From: Eledone cirrhosa
Lineage: Eukaryota
Length of the DNA: 64,000 nt
Direction: 5' to 3'
Assembly: GCA_964016885.1 (NCBI GenBank)
Contig: OZ024740.1
Location: forward strand, 9,796,001 to 9,860,000
Positions 11,023 to 24,609 of this stretch are shown here, piece by piece (the stretch's first letter is position 1; the number at the start of each line of letters is the position of its first letter). Position numbers and translations under genes: made by a program. The notes under the pieces were generated by a model, which ran no database searches, was not told where the DNA came from, and worked only from the letters and a program-made list of their open reading frames with translations.

Positions 11023-13587
11023 CTGGTGGTAGTCTTGTGGTTGATGTGACCACTGGTCATCTGGTTTAGGCTTGTCACCAGACTGAGAGAGAGGTGCTGG
11101 TGGTAGTCTTGTGGTTGATGTAACCACTGGTCATATGGTCTAGGCTTGTCACCAGACTGAGAAAGGGATGCTGGTGGTAGTCTTGTGGTTGATGTGACCA
11201 CTGGTCATCTAGTATAGGTTTGTCACCAAACTGAGAGAGAGGTGCTGGTGGTAGTCGTGTGGTTGATGTGACCACTGGTCATCTGGTTTAGGTTTGTCAC
11301 CAGACTGAGAGAGGGGTGCTGGTGGTAGTCTTGTGGTTGATGTGACCACTGGTCATCTGGTGTAGGTTTGTCACCAGACTGAGAGAGAGGTGCTGGTGGT
11401 AGTCTTGAGGTTGATGTGACCACTGGTGTTCTGGTTTAGGTTTGTCACCAGACTGAGAAAGGGGTGCTGGTGGTAGTCTTGTGGTTGATGTGACCACTGG
11501 TCATCTGGTTTAGGCTTTTCACCGGACTGAGAGAGGTGTGCTGGTGGTAGTCTTGTGGTTGATGTGACCACTGGTCATCTGGTTTAGGCTTGTCACCAGA
11601 CTGAGAGAGAGGTGCTGGTGGTAGTCTTGTGGTTGATGTGACCACTGGTCATCTGGTTTAGGCTTGTCACCAGACTGAGAGAGGGGTGCTGGTGGTAGTC
11701 TTGTGGTTGATGTGACCACTGGTCATCTGGTTTAGGCTTGTCACCAGACTGAGAGAGGGTTACTGGTGGTAGTCTTGTGGTTGGTGTGACCTCTGGTCAT
11801 CTGGTTAAGGCTTGTCACCAGACTGAGAGAGAGGTGCTGGTGTTAGTCGTGTGGTTGATGTGACCACTGGTCATCTGGTTTAGGTTTGTCACCAGACTGA
11901 GAGAGGGGTGCTGGTGGTAGTCTTGCGGTTGATGTGACCACTGGTCATCTAGTCTAGGTTTGTCACTAGACTGAGAGAGAGGTGCTGGTGGTAGTCGTGT
12001 GGTTGATGTGATCTCTGGTCATCTGGTTTAGGCTTGTCACCAGACTGAGAGAGAGGTGCTGTTGGTAGTCTTGCGGTTGATGTGACCACTGGTCATCTGG
12101 TTTAGGTATGTTTACCAGACTGAGAGAGGGGTGCTGGTTGTAGTCTTGTGGTTGATGTGACCACTGGTCAACTGGTTTAGGTTTGTCACCAGACTGAGAA
12201 AGGGGTGCTGGTGATAGTCTTGTGGTTGATGTGACCACTGGTCATCTGGTTTAGGTTTGTCACCAGACTGAGAAAGGGGTGCTGGTGGTAGTCTTGTGGT
12301 TGACGTGACCACTGGTCATCTGGTTTAGGCTTGTCACCAGACTGAGAGAGAGGTGCTGGTGGTAGTCTTGTAGTTGATGTGACCACTGGTCATCTGGTTT
12401 AGGCTTGTCACTAGACTGAGAGAGAGGTGCTGGTGGTAGTCTTGTAGTTGATGTGACCACTGGTCATCTGGTTTAGGCTTGTCACCAGAGTGAGAAAGGG
12501 GTGCTGGTGGTAGTCTTGTGGTTGATGTGACCACTGGTCATCTTGTTTAGGCTTGTCACCAGACTGAGAGAGAGGTGCTGGTGGTAGTCTTGTGGTTGAT
12601 GTGACCTCTGGTAATCTGGTTTAGGCTTGTCACCAGACTGAGAGAGAGGTGCTGGTGGTAGTCTTGTGGTTGATGTGACCACTGGTCATCTGGTTTAAGC
12701 TTGTCACCAGACTGAGAGAGAGGTGCTGGTGGTAGTCTTGTAGTTGATGTGACCACTGGTCATCTGGTTTAGGCTTGTCACCAGAGTGAGAAAGGGGTGC
12801 TGGTGGTAGTCTTGTGGTTGATGTGACCACTGGTCATCTGGTTTAGGCTTAACACTAGACTGAGAGTGGGGTGCTGGTGGTAGTCTTGTAGTTGATGTGA
12901 CCACTGGTCATCTGGTTTAGGCTTGTCACCAGAGTGAGAAAGGGGTGCTGGTGGTAGTCTTGTGGTTGATGTGACCACTGGTCATCTGGTTTAGGCTTGT
13001 CACCAGACTGAGAGAGAGGTGCTGGTGGTAGTCTTGTGGTTGATGTGACCACTGGTAATCTGGTTTAGGCTTGTCAAAAGACTGAGAGAGAGGTGCTGGT
13101 GGTAGTCTTGTGGTTGATGTGACCACTGGTCATCTGGTTTAAGCTTGTCACCAGACTGAGAGAGAGGTGCTGGTGGTAGTCTTGTGGTTGATGTGACCAC
13201 TGGTCATCTGGTTTAAGCTTGTCACCAGACTAAGGAAGGGGTGCTGGTGGTAGTCTTTTGGTTGATGTGACCACTGGTCATCTGGTCTAGGCTTGTCACC
13301 AGACTGAGAGAGAGGTGCTGGTGGTACTCTTGTGGTTGATGTGACCACTGGTCATCTGGTTTAGGCTTGTCACCAGACTGAGAGAGAAGTGCTGGTGGTA
13401 GTCTTGTGGTTGATGTGACCACTGGTCATCTGGTTTAGGCTTGTCACCAGACTGAGAGAGAGGTGCTGGTGGTAGTCTTGTGGTTGATGTGACCACTGGT
13501 CATATGGTCAAGGCTTGTCACCAGACTGAGAAAGGGATGCTGGTGGTAGTCTTGTGGTTGATGTGACCACTGGTCATCTGGTTTAGG
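11023..13587. repeat. Block B (~2.56 kb), duplicated at +8290 bp
   Basis: ORF pairs 11075/19365, 11966/20256, 12926/21216, 13444/21734 all +8290. Shared private variant TTGTCAAAAG. Confidence 0.88.
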
Positions 13588-16500
13588 TTTGTCACCAGAC
13601 TGAGAAAGGGGTGCTGGTGGTAGTCTTGTGGTTGACGTGACCACTGGTCATCTGGTTTAGGCTTGTCACCAGACTGAGAGAGAAGTGCTGGTGGTAGTCT
13701 TGTGGTTGATGTGACCACTGGTCATCTGGTTTAGGCTTGTCACCAGACTGAGAGAGAGGTGCTGGTGGTAGTCTTGTGGTTGATGTGACCACTGGTCATC
13801 TGGTTTAGGCTTGTCACCAGAGTGAGAAAGGGGTGCTGGTGGTAGTCTTGTGGTTGATGTGACCACTGGTCATCTGGTTTAGGCTTGTCACTAGACTGAG
13901 TGTGGGGTGCTGGTGGTAGTCTTGTGGTTGATGTGACCACTGGTCATCTGGTTTAGGCTTGTCACCAGACTGAGAGAGAGGTGCTGGTGGTAGTCTTGTG
14001 GTTGATGTGACCACTGGTAATCTGGTTTAGGCTTGTCACCAGACTGAGAGAGAGGTGCTGGTGGTAGTCTTGTGGTTGATGTGACCACTGGTCATCTGGT
14101 TTAAGCTTGTCACCAGACTGAGAGAGAGGTGCTGGTGGTAGTCTTGTGGTTGATCTGACCACTGGTCATCTGGTTTAAGCTTGTCACCAGACTAAGGAAG
14201 GGGTGCTGGTGGTAGTCTTTTGGTTGATGTGACCACTGGTCATCTGGTCTAGGCTTGTCACCAGACTGAGAGAGAGGTGCTGGTGGTAGTCTTGTGGTTG
14301 ATGTGACCACTGGTCATCTGGTTTAGGCTTGTCACCAGACTGAGAGAGAAGTGCTGGTGGTAGTCTTGTGGTTGATGTGACCACTGGTCATCTGGTTTAG
14401 GCTTGTCACCAGACTGAGAGAGAGGTGCTGGTGGTAGTCTTGTGGTTGATGTAACCACTGGTCATATGGTCTAGGCTTGTCACCAGACTGAGAAAGGGAT
14501 GCTGGTGGTAGTCTTGTGGTTGATGTGACCACTGGTCATCTAGTATAGGTTTGTCACCAGACTGAGAGAGAGGTGCTGGTGGTAGTCTTGAGGTTGATGT
14601 GACCACTGGTGTTCTGGTTTAGGTTTGTCACCAGACTGAGAAAGGGGTGCTGGTTGTAGTCTTGTGGTTGATGTGACCACTGGTCATCTGGTTTAGGCTT
14701 TTCACCGGACTGAGAGAGGTGTGCTGGTGGTAGTCTTGTGGTTGATGTGACCACTGGTCATCTGGTTTAGGCTTGTCACCAGACTGAGAGAGAGGTGCTG
14801 GTGGTAGTCTTGTGGTTGATGTGACCACTGGTCATCTGGTTTAGGCTTGTCACCAGACTGAGAGAGGGGTGCTGGTGGTAGTCTTGTGGTTGATGTGACC
14901 ACTGGTCATCTGGTTTAGGCTTGTCACCAGACTGAGAGAGGGTTACTGGTGGTAGTCTTGTGGTTGGTGTGACCTCTGGTCATCTGGTTAAGGCTTGTCA
15001 CCAGACTGAGAGAGAGGTGCTGGTGTTAGTCGTGTGGTTGATGTGACCACTGGTCATCTGGTTTAGGTTTGTCACCAGACTGAGAGAGGGGTGCTGGTGG
15101 TAGTCTTGCGGTTGATGTGACCACTGGTCATCTAGTCTAGGTTTGTCACTAGACTGAGAGAGAGGTGCTGGTGGTAGTCGTGTGGTTGATGTGATCTCTG
15201 GTCATCTGGTTTAGGCTTGTCACCAGACTGAGAGAGAGGTGCTGTTGGTAGTCTTGCGGTTGATGTGACCACTGGTCATCTGGTTTAGGTATGTTTACCA
15301 GACTGAGAGAGGGGTGCTGGTTGTAGTCTTGTGGTTGATGTGACCACTGGTCAACTGGTTTAGGTTTGTCACCAGACTGAGAAAGGGGTGCTGGTGATAG
15401 TCTGTGGTTGATGTGACCACTGGTCATCTGGTTTAGGTTTGTCACCAGACTGAGAAAGGGGTGCTGGTGGTAGTCTTGTGGTTGACGTGACCACTGGTCA
15501 TCTGGTTTAGGCTTGTCACCAGACTGAGAGAGAGGTGCTGGTGGTAGTCTTGTAGTTGATGTGACCACTGGTCATCTGGTTTAGGTTTGTCACTAGACTG
15601 AGAGAGAGGTGCTGGCGGTAGTCTTGTAGTTGATGTGACCACTGGTCATCTGGTTTAGGCTTGTCACCAGAGTGAGAAAGGGGTGCTGGTGGTAGTCTTG
15701 TGGTTGATGTGACCACTGGTCATCTGGTTTAGGCTTGTCACCAGACTGAGAGAGAGGTGCTGGTGGTAGTCTTGTGGTTGATGTGACCACTGGTAATCTG
15801 GTTTAGGCTTGTCACCAGACTGAGAGAGAGGTGCTGGTGGTAGTCTTGTGGTTGATGTGACCACTGGTCATCTGGTTTAAGCTTGTCACCAGACTGAGAG
15901 AGAGGTGCTGGTGGTAGTCTTGTAGTTGATGTGACCACTGGTCATCTGGTTTAGGCTTGTCACCAGAGTGAGAAAGGGGTGCTGGTGGTAGTTTTGTGGT
16001 TGATGTGACCACTGGTCATCTGGTTTAGGCTTGTCACTAGACTGAGAGTGGGGTGCTGGTGGTAGTCTTGTAGTTGATGTGACCACTGGTCATCTGGTTT
16101 AGGCTTGTCACCAGAGTGAGAAAGGGGTGCTGGTGGTAGTCTTGTGGTTGATGTGACCACTGGTCATCTGGTTTAGGCTTGTCACCAGACTGAGAGAGAG
16201 GTGCTGGTGGTAGTCTTGTGGTTGATGTGACCACTGGTAATCTGGTTTAGGATTGTCACCAGACTGAGAGAGAGGTGCTGGTGGTAGTCTTGTGGTTGAT
16301 GTGACCACTGGTCATCTGGTTTAAGCTTGTCACCAGACTGAGAGAGAGGTGCTGGTGGTAGTCTTGTGGTTGATGTGACCACTGGTCATCTGGTTTAAGC
16401 TTGTCACCAGACTAAGGAAGGGGTGCTGGTGGTAGTCTTTTGGTTGATGTGACCACTGGTCATCTGGTCTAGGCTTGTCACCAGACTGAGAGAGAGGTGC

Positions 16501-19394
16501 TGGTGGTACTCTTGTGGTTGATGTGACCACTGGTCATCTGGTTTAGGCTTGTCACCAGACTGAGAGAGAAGTGCTGGTGGTAGTCTTGTGGTTGATGTGA
16601 CCACTGGTCATCTGGTTTAGGCTTGTCACCAGACTGAGAGAGAGGTGCTGGTGGTAGTCTTGTGGTTGATGTGACCACTGGTCATATGGTCAAGGCTTGT
16701 CACCAGACTGAGAAAGGGATGCTGGTGGTAGTCTTGTGGTTGATGTGACCACTGGTCATCTGGTTTAGGCTTGTCACCAGACTGAGAGAGAGGTGCTGGT
16801 GGTAGTCTTGTGGTTGATGTGACCACTGGTCATATGGTCTAGGCTTGTCACCAGACTGAGAAAGGGATGCTGGTGGTAGTCTTGTGGTTGATGTGACCAC
16901 TGGTCATCTAGTATAGGTTTGTCACCAAACTGAGAGAGAGGTGCTGGTGGTAGTCGTGTGGTTGATGTGACCACTGGTCATCTGGTTTAAGTTTGTCACC
17001 AGACTGAGAGAGGGGTGCTGGTGGTAGTCGTGTGGTTGATGTAACCACTGGTCATCTGGTTTAGGTTTGTCACCACACTGAGAGAGGGGTGCTGGTGGTA
17101 GTCTTGTGGTTGATGTGACCACTGGTCATCTGGTGTAGGTTTGTCACCAGACTGAGAGAGAGGTGCTGGTGGTAGTCTTGAGGTTGATGTGACCACTGGT
17201 GTTCTGGTTTAGGTTTGTCACCAGACTGAGAAAGGGGTGCTGGTGGTAGTCTTGTGGTTGATGTGACCACTGGTCATCTGGTTTAGGCTTTTCACCGGAC
17301 TGAGAGAGGTGTGCTGGTGGTAGTCTTGTGGTTGATGTGACCACTGGTCATCTGGTTTAGGCTTGTCACCAGACTGAGAGAGAGGTGCTGGTGGTAGTCT
17401 TGTGGTTGATGTGACCACTGGTCATCTGGTTTAGGCTTGTCACCAGACTGAGAGAGGGGTGCTGGTGGTAGTCTTGTGGTTGATGTGACCACTGGTCATC
17501 TGGTTTAGGCTTGTCACCAGACTGAGAGAGGGTTACTGGTGGTAGTCTTGTGGTTGGTGTGACCTCTGGTCATCTGGTTTAGGCTTGTCACCAGACTGAG
17601 AGAGAGGTGCTGGTGTTAGTCGTGTGGTTGATGTGACCACTGGTCATCTGGTTTAGGTTTGTCACCAGACTGAGAGAGGGGTGCTGGTGGTAGTCTTGCG
17701 GTTGATGTGACCACTGGTCATCTAGTCTAGGTTTGTCACTAGACTGAGAGAGAGGTGCTGGTGGTAGTCGTGTGGTTGATGTGATCTCTGGTCATCTGGT
17801 TTAGGCTTGTCACCAGACTGAGAGAGGGGTGCTGGTGGTAGTCTTGCGGTTGATGTGACCACTGGTCATCTAGTCTAGGTTTGTTACCAGACTGAGAGAG
17901 AGGTGCTGTTGGTAGTCTTGCGGTTGATGTGACCACTGGTCATCTGGTTTAGGTATGTTTACCAGACTGAGAGAGGGGTGCTTGTGGTAGTCTTGTGGTT
18001 GATGTGACCACTGGTCATCTGGTTTAGGTTTGTCACCATACTGAGAGAGGGGTGCTTGTGGTAGTCTTGTGGTTGATGTGACCACTGGTCATCTGGTTTA
18101 GGTTTGTCACCATACTGAGAGAGGGGTGCTGGTGGTAGTCTTGTGGTTGATGTGACCACTGGTCAACTGGTTTAGGTTTGTCACCAGACTGAGAAAGGGG
18201 TGATGGTGATAGTCTTGTGGTTGATGTGACCACTGGTCATCTGGTTTAGGTTTGTCACCAGACTGAGAAAGGGCTGCTGGTGGTAGTCTTGTGGTTGACG
18301 TGACCACTGGTCATCTGGTTTAGGCTTGTCACCAGACTGAGAGAGGGGTGCTGGTGGTAGTCTTGTGGTTGATGTGACCACTGGTCATCTGGTTTAGGCT
18401 TGTCACTAGACTGAGAGTGGGGTGCTGGTGGTAGTCTTGTGGTTGATGTGACCACTGGTCATCTGGTTTAGGCTTGTCACCAGACTGAGAGAGAGGTGCT
18501 GGTGGTAGTCTTGTGGTTGATGTGACCACTGGTAATCTGGTTTAGGCTTGTCACCAGACTGAGAGAGAGGTGCTGGTGGTAGTCTTGTGGTTGATGTGAC
18601 CACTGGTCATCTGGTTTAGGCGTGTCACCAGACTGAGAGAGAAGTGCTGGTGGTAGTCTTGTGGTTGATGTGACTACTGGTCATCTGGTTTAGGCTTGTC
18701 ACCAGACTGAGAGAGAGGTGCTGGTGGTAGTCTTGTGGTTGATGTGACCACTGGTCATATGGTCAAGGCTTGTCACCAGACTGAGAAAGGGATGCTGGTG
18801 GTAGTCTTGTGGTTGATGTGACCACTGGTCATCTGGTTTAGGTTTGTCACCAGACTGAGAGAGGGGTGCTGGTGGTAGTCGTGTGGTTGATGTAACCACT
18901 GGTCATCTGGTTTAGGTTTGTCACCACACTGAGAGAGGGGTGCTGGTGGTAGTCTTGTGGTTGATGTGACCACTGGTCATCTGGTGTAGGTTTGTCACCA
19001 GACTGAGAGAGGGGTGCTGGTGATAGTCTTGTGGGTGATGTGACCACTGGTCATCTGGTTTAGGTTTGTTACCAGACTGAGAGAGAGGTGCTGGTGGTAG
19101 TCTTGTGGTTGATGTGACCACTGGTCATCTGGTTTAGGCTTGTCACCATACTGAGAGAGGGGTGCTGGTGGTAGTCTTGTGGTTGATGTGACCACTGGTC
19201 ATCTGGTTTAGGCTTGTCACCAGACTGAAGGAGGGGTGCTGGTGGTAGTCTTGTGGTTGATGTGACCACTGGTCATCTGGTTTAGGCTTGTCACCAGACT
19301 GAGAGAGGGTATCTGGTGGTAGTCTTGTGGTTGATGTGACCACTGGTCATCTGGTTTAGGCTTGTCACCAGACTGAGAGAGAGGTGCTGGTGGT
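13547..19394. repeat. Block A' (copy of 3704-9551)
   Basis: Shares private variants with A, including the 1-bp deletion GATAGTCTGTGG, CTGGCGGTAG, TAGGATTGTC, GGGCTGCTGG and GGGTATCTGG. Confidence 0.9.
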
Positions 19395-21877
19395 AGTCTT
19401 GTGGTTGATGTAACCACTGGTCATATGGTCTAGGCTTGTCACCAGACTGAGAAAGGGATGCTGGTGGTAGTCTTGTGGTTGATGTGACCACTGGTCATCT
19501 AGTATAGGTTTGTCACCAAACTGAGAGAGAGGTGCTGGTGGTAGTCGTGTGGTTGATGTGACCACTGGTCATCTGGTTTAGGTTTGTCACCAGACTGAGA
19601 GAGGGGTGCTGGTGGTAGTCTTGTGGTTGATGTGACCACTGGTCATCTGGTGTAGGTTTGTCACCAGACTGAGAGAGAGGTGCTGGTGGTAGTCTTGAGG
19701 TTGATGTGACCACTGGTGTTCTGGTTTAGGTTTGTCACCAGACTGAGAAAGGGGTGCTGGTGGTAGTCTTGTGGTTGATGTGACCACTGGTCATCTGGTT
19801 TAGGCTTTTCACCGGACTGAGAGAGGTGTGCTGGTGGTAGTCTTGTGGTTGATGTGACCACTGGTCATCTGGTTTAGGCTTGTCACCAGACTGAGAGAGA
19901 GGTGCTGGTGGTAGTCTTGTGGTTGATGTGACCACTGGTCATCTGGTTTAGGCTTGTCACCAGACTGAGAGAGGGGTGCTGGTGGTAGTCTTGTGGTTGA
20001 TGTGACCACTGGTCATCTGGTTTAGGCTTGTCACCAGACTGAGAGAGGGTTACTGGTGGTAGTCTTGTGGTTGGTGTGACCTCTGGTCATCTGGTTAAGG
20101 CTTGTCACCAGACTGAGAGAGAGGTGCTGGTGTTAGTCGTGTGGTTGATGTGACCACTGGTCATCTGGTTTAGGTTTGTCACCAGACTGAGAGAGGGGTG
20201 CTGGTGGTAGTCTTGCGGTTGATGTGACCACTGGTCATCTAGTCTAGGTTTGTCACTAGACTGAGAGAGAGGTGCTGGTGGTAGTCGTGTGGTTGATGTG
20301 ATCTCTGGTCATCTGGTTTAGGCTTGTCACCAGACTGAGAGAGAGGTGCTGTTGGTAGTCTTGCGGTTGATGTGACCACTGGTCATCTGGTTTAGGTATG
20401 TTTACCAGACTGAGAGAGGGGTGCTGGTTGTAGTCTTGTGGTTGATGTGACCACTGGTCAACTGGTTTAGGTTTGTCACCAGACTGAGAAAGGGGTGCTG
20501 GTGATAGTCTTGTGGTTGATGTGACCACTGGTCATCTGGTTTAGGTTTGTCACCAGACTGAGAAAGGGGTGCTGGTGGTAGTCTTGTGGTTGACGTGACC
20601 ACTGGTCATCTGGTTTAGGCTTGTCACCAGACTGAGAGAGAGGTGCTGGTGGTAGTCTTGTAGTTGATGTGACCACTGGTCATCTGGTTTAGGCTTGTCA
20701 CTAGACTGAGAGAGAGGTGCTGGTGGTAGTCTTGTAGTTGATGTGACCACTGGTCATCTGGTTTAGGCTTGTCACCAGAGTGAGAAAGGGGTGCTGGTGG
20801 TAGTCTTGTGGTTGATGTGACCACTGGTCATCTTGTTTAGGCTTGTCACCAGACTGAGAGAGAGGTGCTGGTGGTAGTCTTGTGGTTGATGTGACCACTG
20901 GTAATCTGGTTTAGGCTTGTCACCAGACTGAGAGAGAGGTGCTGGTGGTAGTCTTGTGGTTGATGTGACCACTGGTCATCTGGTTTAAGCTTGTCACCAG
21001 ACTGAGAGAGAGGTGCTGGTGGTAGTCTTGTAGTTGATGTGACCACTGGTCATCTGGTTTAGGCTTGTCACCAGAGTGAGAAAGGGGTGCTGGTGGTAGT
21101 CTTGTGGTTGATGTGACCACTGGTCATCTGGTTTAGGCTTGTCACTAGACTGAGAGTGGGGTGCTGGTGGTAGTCTTGTAGTTGATGTGACCACTGGTCA
21201 TCTGGTTTAGGCTTGTCACCAGAGTGAGAAAGGGGTGCTGGTGGTAGTCTTGTGGTTGATGTGACCACTGGTCATCTGGTTTAGGCTTGTCACCAGACTG
21301 AGAGAGAGGTGCTGGTGGTAGTCTTGTGGTTGATGTGACCACTGGTAATCTGGTTTAGGCTTGTCAAAAGACTGAGAGAGAGGTGCTGGTGGTAGTCTTG
21401 TGGTTGATGTGACCACTGGTCATCTGGTTTAAGCTTGTCACCAGACTGAGAGAGAGGTGCTGGTGGTAGTCTTGTGGTTGATGTGACCACTGGTCATCTG
21501 GTTTAAGCTTGTCACCAGACTAAGGAAGGGGTGCTGGTGGTAGTCTTTTGGTTGATGTGACCACTGGTCATCTGGTCTAGGCTTGTCACCAGACTGAGAG
21601 AGAGGTGCTGGTGGTACTCTTGTGGTTGATGTGACCACTGGTCATCTGGTTTAGGCTTGTCACCAGACTGAGAGAGAAGTGCTGGTGGTAGTCTTGTGGT
21701 TGATGTGACCACTGGTCATCTGGTTTAGGCTTGTCACCAGACTGAGAGAGAGGTGCTGGTGGTAGTCTTGTGGTTGATGTGACCACTGGTCATATGGTCA
21801 AGGCTTGTCACCAGACTGAGAAAGGGATGCTGGTGGTAGTCTTGTGGTTGATGTGACCACTGGTCATCTGGTTTAGG
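19313..21877. repeat. Block B' (copy of 11023-13587)
   Basis: Same variant order as B. It lacks B's GCTTAACACTAG (near 12851) and GTGACCTCTGGTAA (near 12606). Confidence 0.88.
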
Positions 21878-24470
21878 CTTGTCACCAGACTGAGAGAGAG
21901 GTGCTGGTGGTAGTCTTGTGGTTGATGTGACCACTGGTCATATGGTCTAGGCTTGTCACCAGACTGAGAAATGGATGCTGGTGGTAGTCTTGTGGTTGAT
22001 GTGACCACTGGTCATCTAGTATAGGTTTGTCACCAAACTGAGAGAGAGGTGCTGGTGGTAGTCGTGTGGTTGATGTGACCACTGGTCATCTGGTTTAAGT
22101 TTGTCACCAGACTGAGAGAGGGGTGCTGGTGGTAGTCGTGTGGTTGATGTAACCACTGGTCATCTGGTTTAGGTTTGTCACCACACTGAGAGAGGGGTGC
22201 TGGTGGTAGTCTTGTGGTTGATGTGACCACTGGTCATCTGGTGTAGGTTTGTCACCAGACTGAGAGAGAGGTGCTGGTGGTAGTCTTGAGGTTGATGTGA
22301 CCACTGGTGTTCTGGTTTAGGTTTGTCACCAGACTGAGAAAGGGGTGCTGGTGGTAGTCTTGTGGTTGATGTGACCACTGGTCATCTGGTTTAGGCTTTT
22401 CACCGGACTGAGAGAGGTGTGCTGGTGGTAGTCTTGTGGTTGATGTGACCACTGGTCATCTGGTTTAGGCTTGTCACCAGACTGAGAGAGAGGTGCTGGT
22501 GGTAGTCTTGTGGTTGATGTGACCACTGGTCATCTGGTTTAGGCTTGTCACCAGACTGAGAGAGGGGTGCTGGTGGTAGTCTTGTGGTTGATGTGACCAC
22601 TGGTCATCTGGTTTAGGCTTGTCACCAGACTGAGAGAGGGTTACTGGTGGTAGTCTTGTGGTTGGTGTGACCTCTGGTCATCTGGTTTAGGCTTGTCACC
22701 AGACTGAGAGAGAGGTGCTGGTGTTAGTCGTGTGGTTGATGTGACCACTGGTCATCTGGTTTAGGTTTGTCACCAGACTGAGAGAGGGGTGCTGGTGGTA
22801 GTCTTGTGGTTGATGTGACCACTGGTCATCTAGTCTAGGTTTGTCACTAGACTGAGAGAGAGGTGCTGGTGGTAGTCGTGTGGTTGATGTGATCTCTGGT
22901 CATCTGGTTTAGGCTTGTCACCAGACTGAGAGAGGGGTGCTGGTGGTAGTCTTGCGGTTGATGTGACCACTGGTCATCTAGTCTAGGTTTGTTACCAGAC
23001 TGAGAGAGAGGTGCTGTTGGTAGTCTTGCGGTTGATGTGACCACTGGTCATCTAGTCTAGGTTTGTCACTAGACTGAGAGAGAGGTGCTGGTGGTAGTCT
23101 TGCGGTTGATGTGACCACTGGTCATCTGGTTTAGGTATGTTTACCAGACTGAGAGAGGGGTGCTTGTGGTAGTCTTGTGGTTGATGTGACCACTGGTCAT
23201 CTGGTTTAGGTTTGTCACCATACTGAGAGAGGGGTGCTTGTGGTAGTCTTGTGGTTGATGTGACCACTGGTCATCTGGTTTAGGTTTGTCACCATACTGA
23301 GAGAGGGGTGCTGGTGGTAGTCTTGTGGTTGATGTGACCACTGGTCAACTGGTTTAGGTTTGTCACCAGACTGAGAAAGGGGTGCTGGTGATAGTCTTGT
23401 GGTTGATGTGACCACTGGTCATCTGGTTTAGGTTTGTCACCAGACTGAGAAAGGGCTGCTGGTGGTAGTCTTGTGGTTGACGTGACCACTGGTCATCTGG
23501 TTTAGGCTTGTCACCAGACTGAGAGAGGGGTGCTGGTGGTAGTCTTGTGGTTGATGTGACCACTGGTCATCTGGTTTAGGCTTGTCACCAGACTGAGAGA
23601 GGGGTGCTGGTGGTAGTCTTGTGGTTGATGTGACCACTGGTCATCTGGTTTAGGCTTGTCACTAGACTGAGAGTGGGGTGCTGGTGGTAGTCTTGTGGTT
23701 GATGTGACCACTGGTCATCTGGTTTAGGCTTGTCACCAGACTGAGAGAGAGGTGCTGGTGGTAGTCTTGTGGTTGATGTGACCACTGGTAATCTGGTTTA
23801 GGCTTGTCACCAGACTGAGAGAGAGGTGCTGGTGGTAGTCTTGTGGTTGATGTGACCACTGGTCATCTGGTTTAGGCGTGTCACCAGACTGAGAGAGAAG
23901 TGCTGGTGGTAGTCTTGTGGTTGATGTGACCACTGGTCATCTGGTTTAGGCTTGTCACCAGACTGAGAGAGAGGTGCTGGTGGTAGTCTTGTGGTTGATG
24001 TGACCACTGGTCATATGGTCAAGGCTTGTCACCAGACTGAGAAAGGGATGCTGGTGGTAGTCTTGTGGTTGATGTGACCACTGGTCATCTGGTTTAGGTT
24101 TGTCACCAGACTGAGAGAGGGGTGCTGGTGGTAGTCGTGTGGTTGATGTAACCACTGGTCATCTGGTTTAGGTTTGTCACCACACTGAGAGAGGGGTGCT
24201 GGTGGTAGTCTTGTGGTTGATGTGACCACTGGTCATCTGGTGTAGGTTTGTCACCAGACTGAGAGAGGGGTGCTGGTGATAGTCTTGTGGGTGATGTGAC
24301 CACTGGTCATCTGGTTTAGGTTTGTTACCAGACTGAGAGAGAGTTGCTGGTGGTAGTCTTGTGGTTGATGTGACCACTGGTCATCTGGTTTAGGCTTGTC
24401 ACCAGACTGAAGGAGGGGTGCTGGTGGTAGTCTTGTGGTTGATGTGACCACTGGTCATCTGGTTTAGGCT
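21370..24470. repeat. Further copy of the distal part of block A/A' (about 16260-19300), with whole-monomer indels
   Basis: ORF offsets 16330/21438 and 17739/22847 (+5108), then 17870/23052 (+5182) and 18329/23585 (+5256), i.e. steps of exactly 74 bp. Confidence 0.8.
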
Positions 24471-24609
24471 TGTCACCAGACTGAGAGAGAGGTGCTGGTG
24501 GTTGTCTTGTGGTTGATGTGACCTCTTGTCATCTGGTTTAGGTTTTGCCCCAGACTGAGAGTGGGGTGCTGGTGATAGTCTTGTGGTTGATGTGACCACT
24601 GGTCATCTT

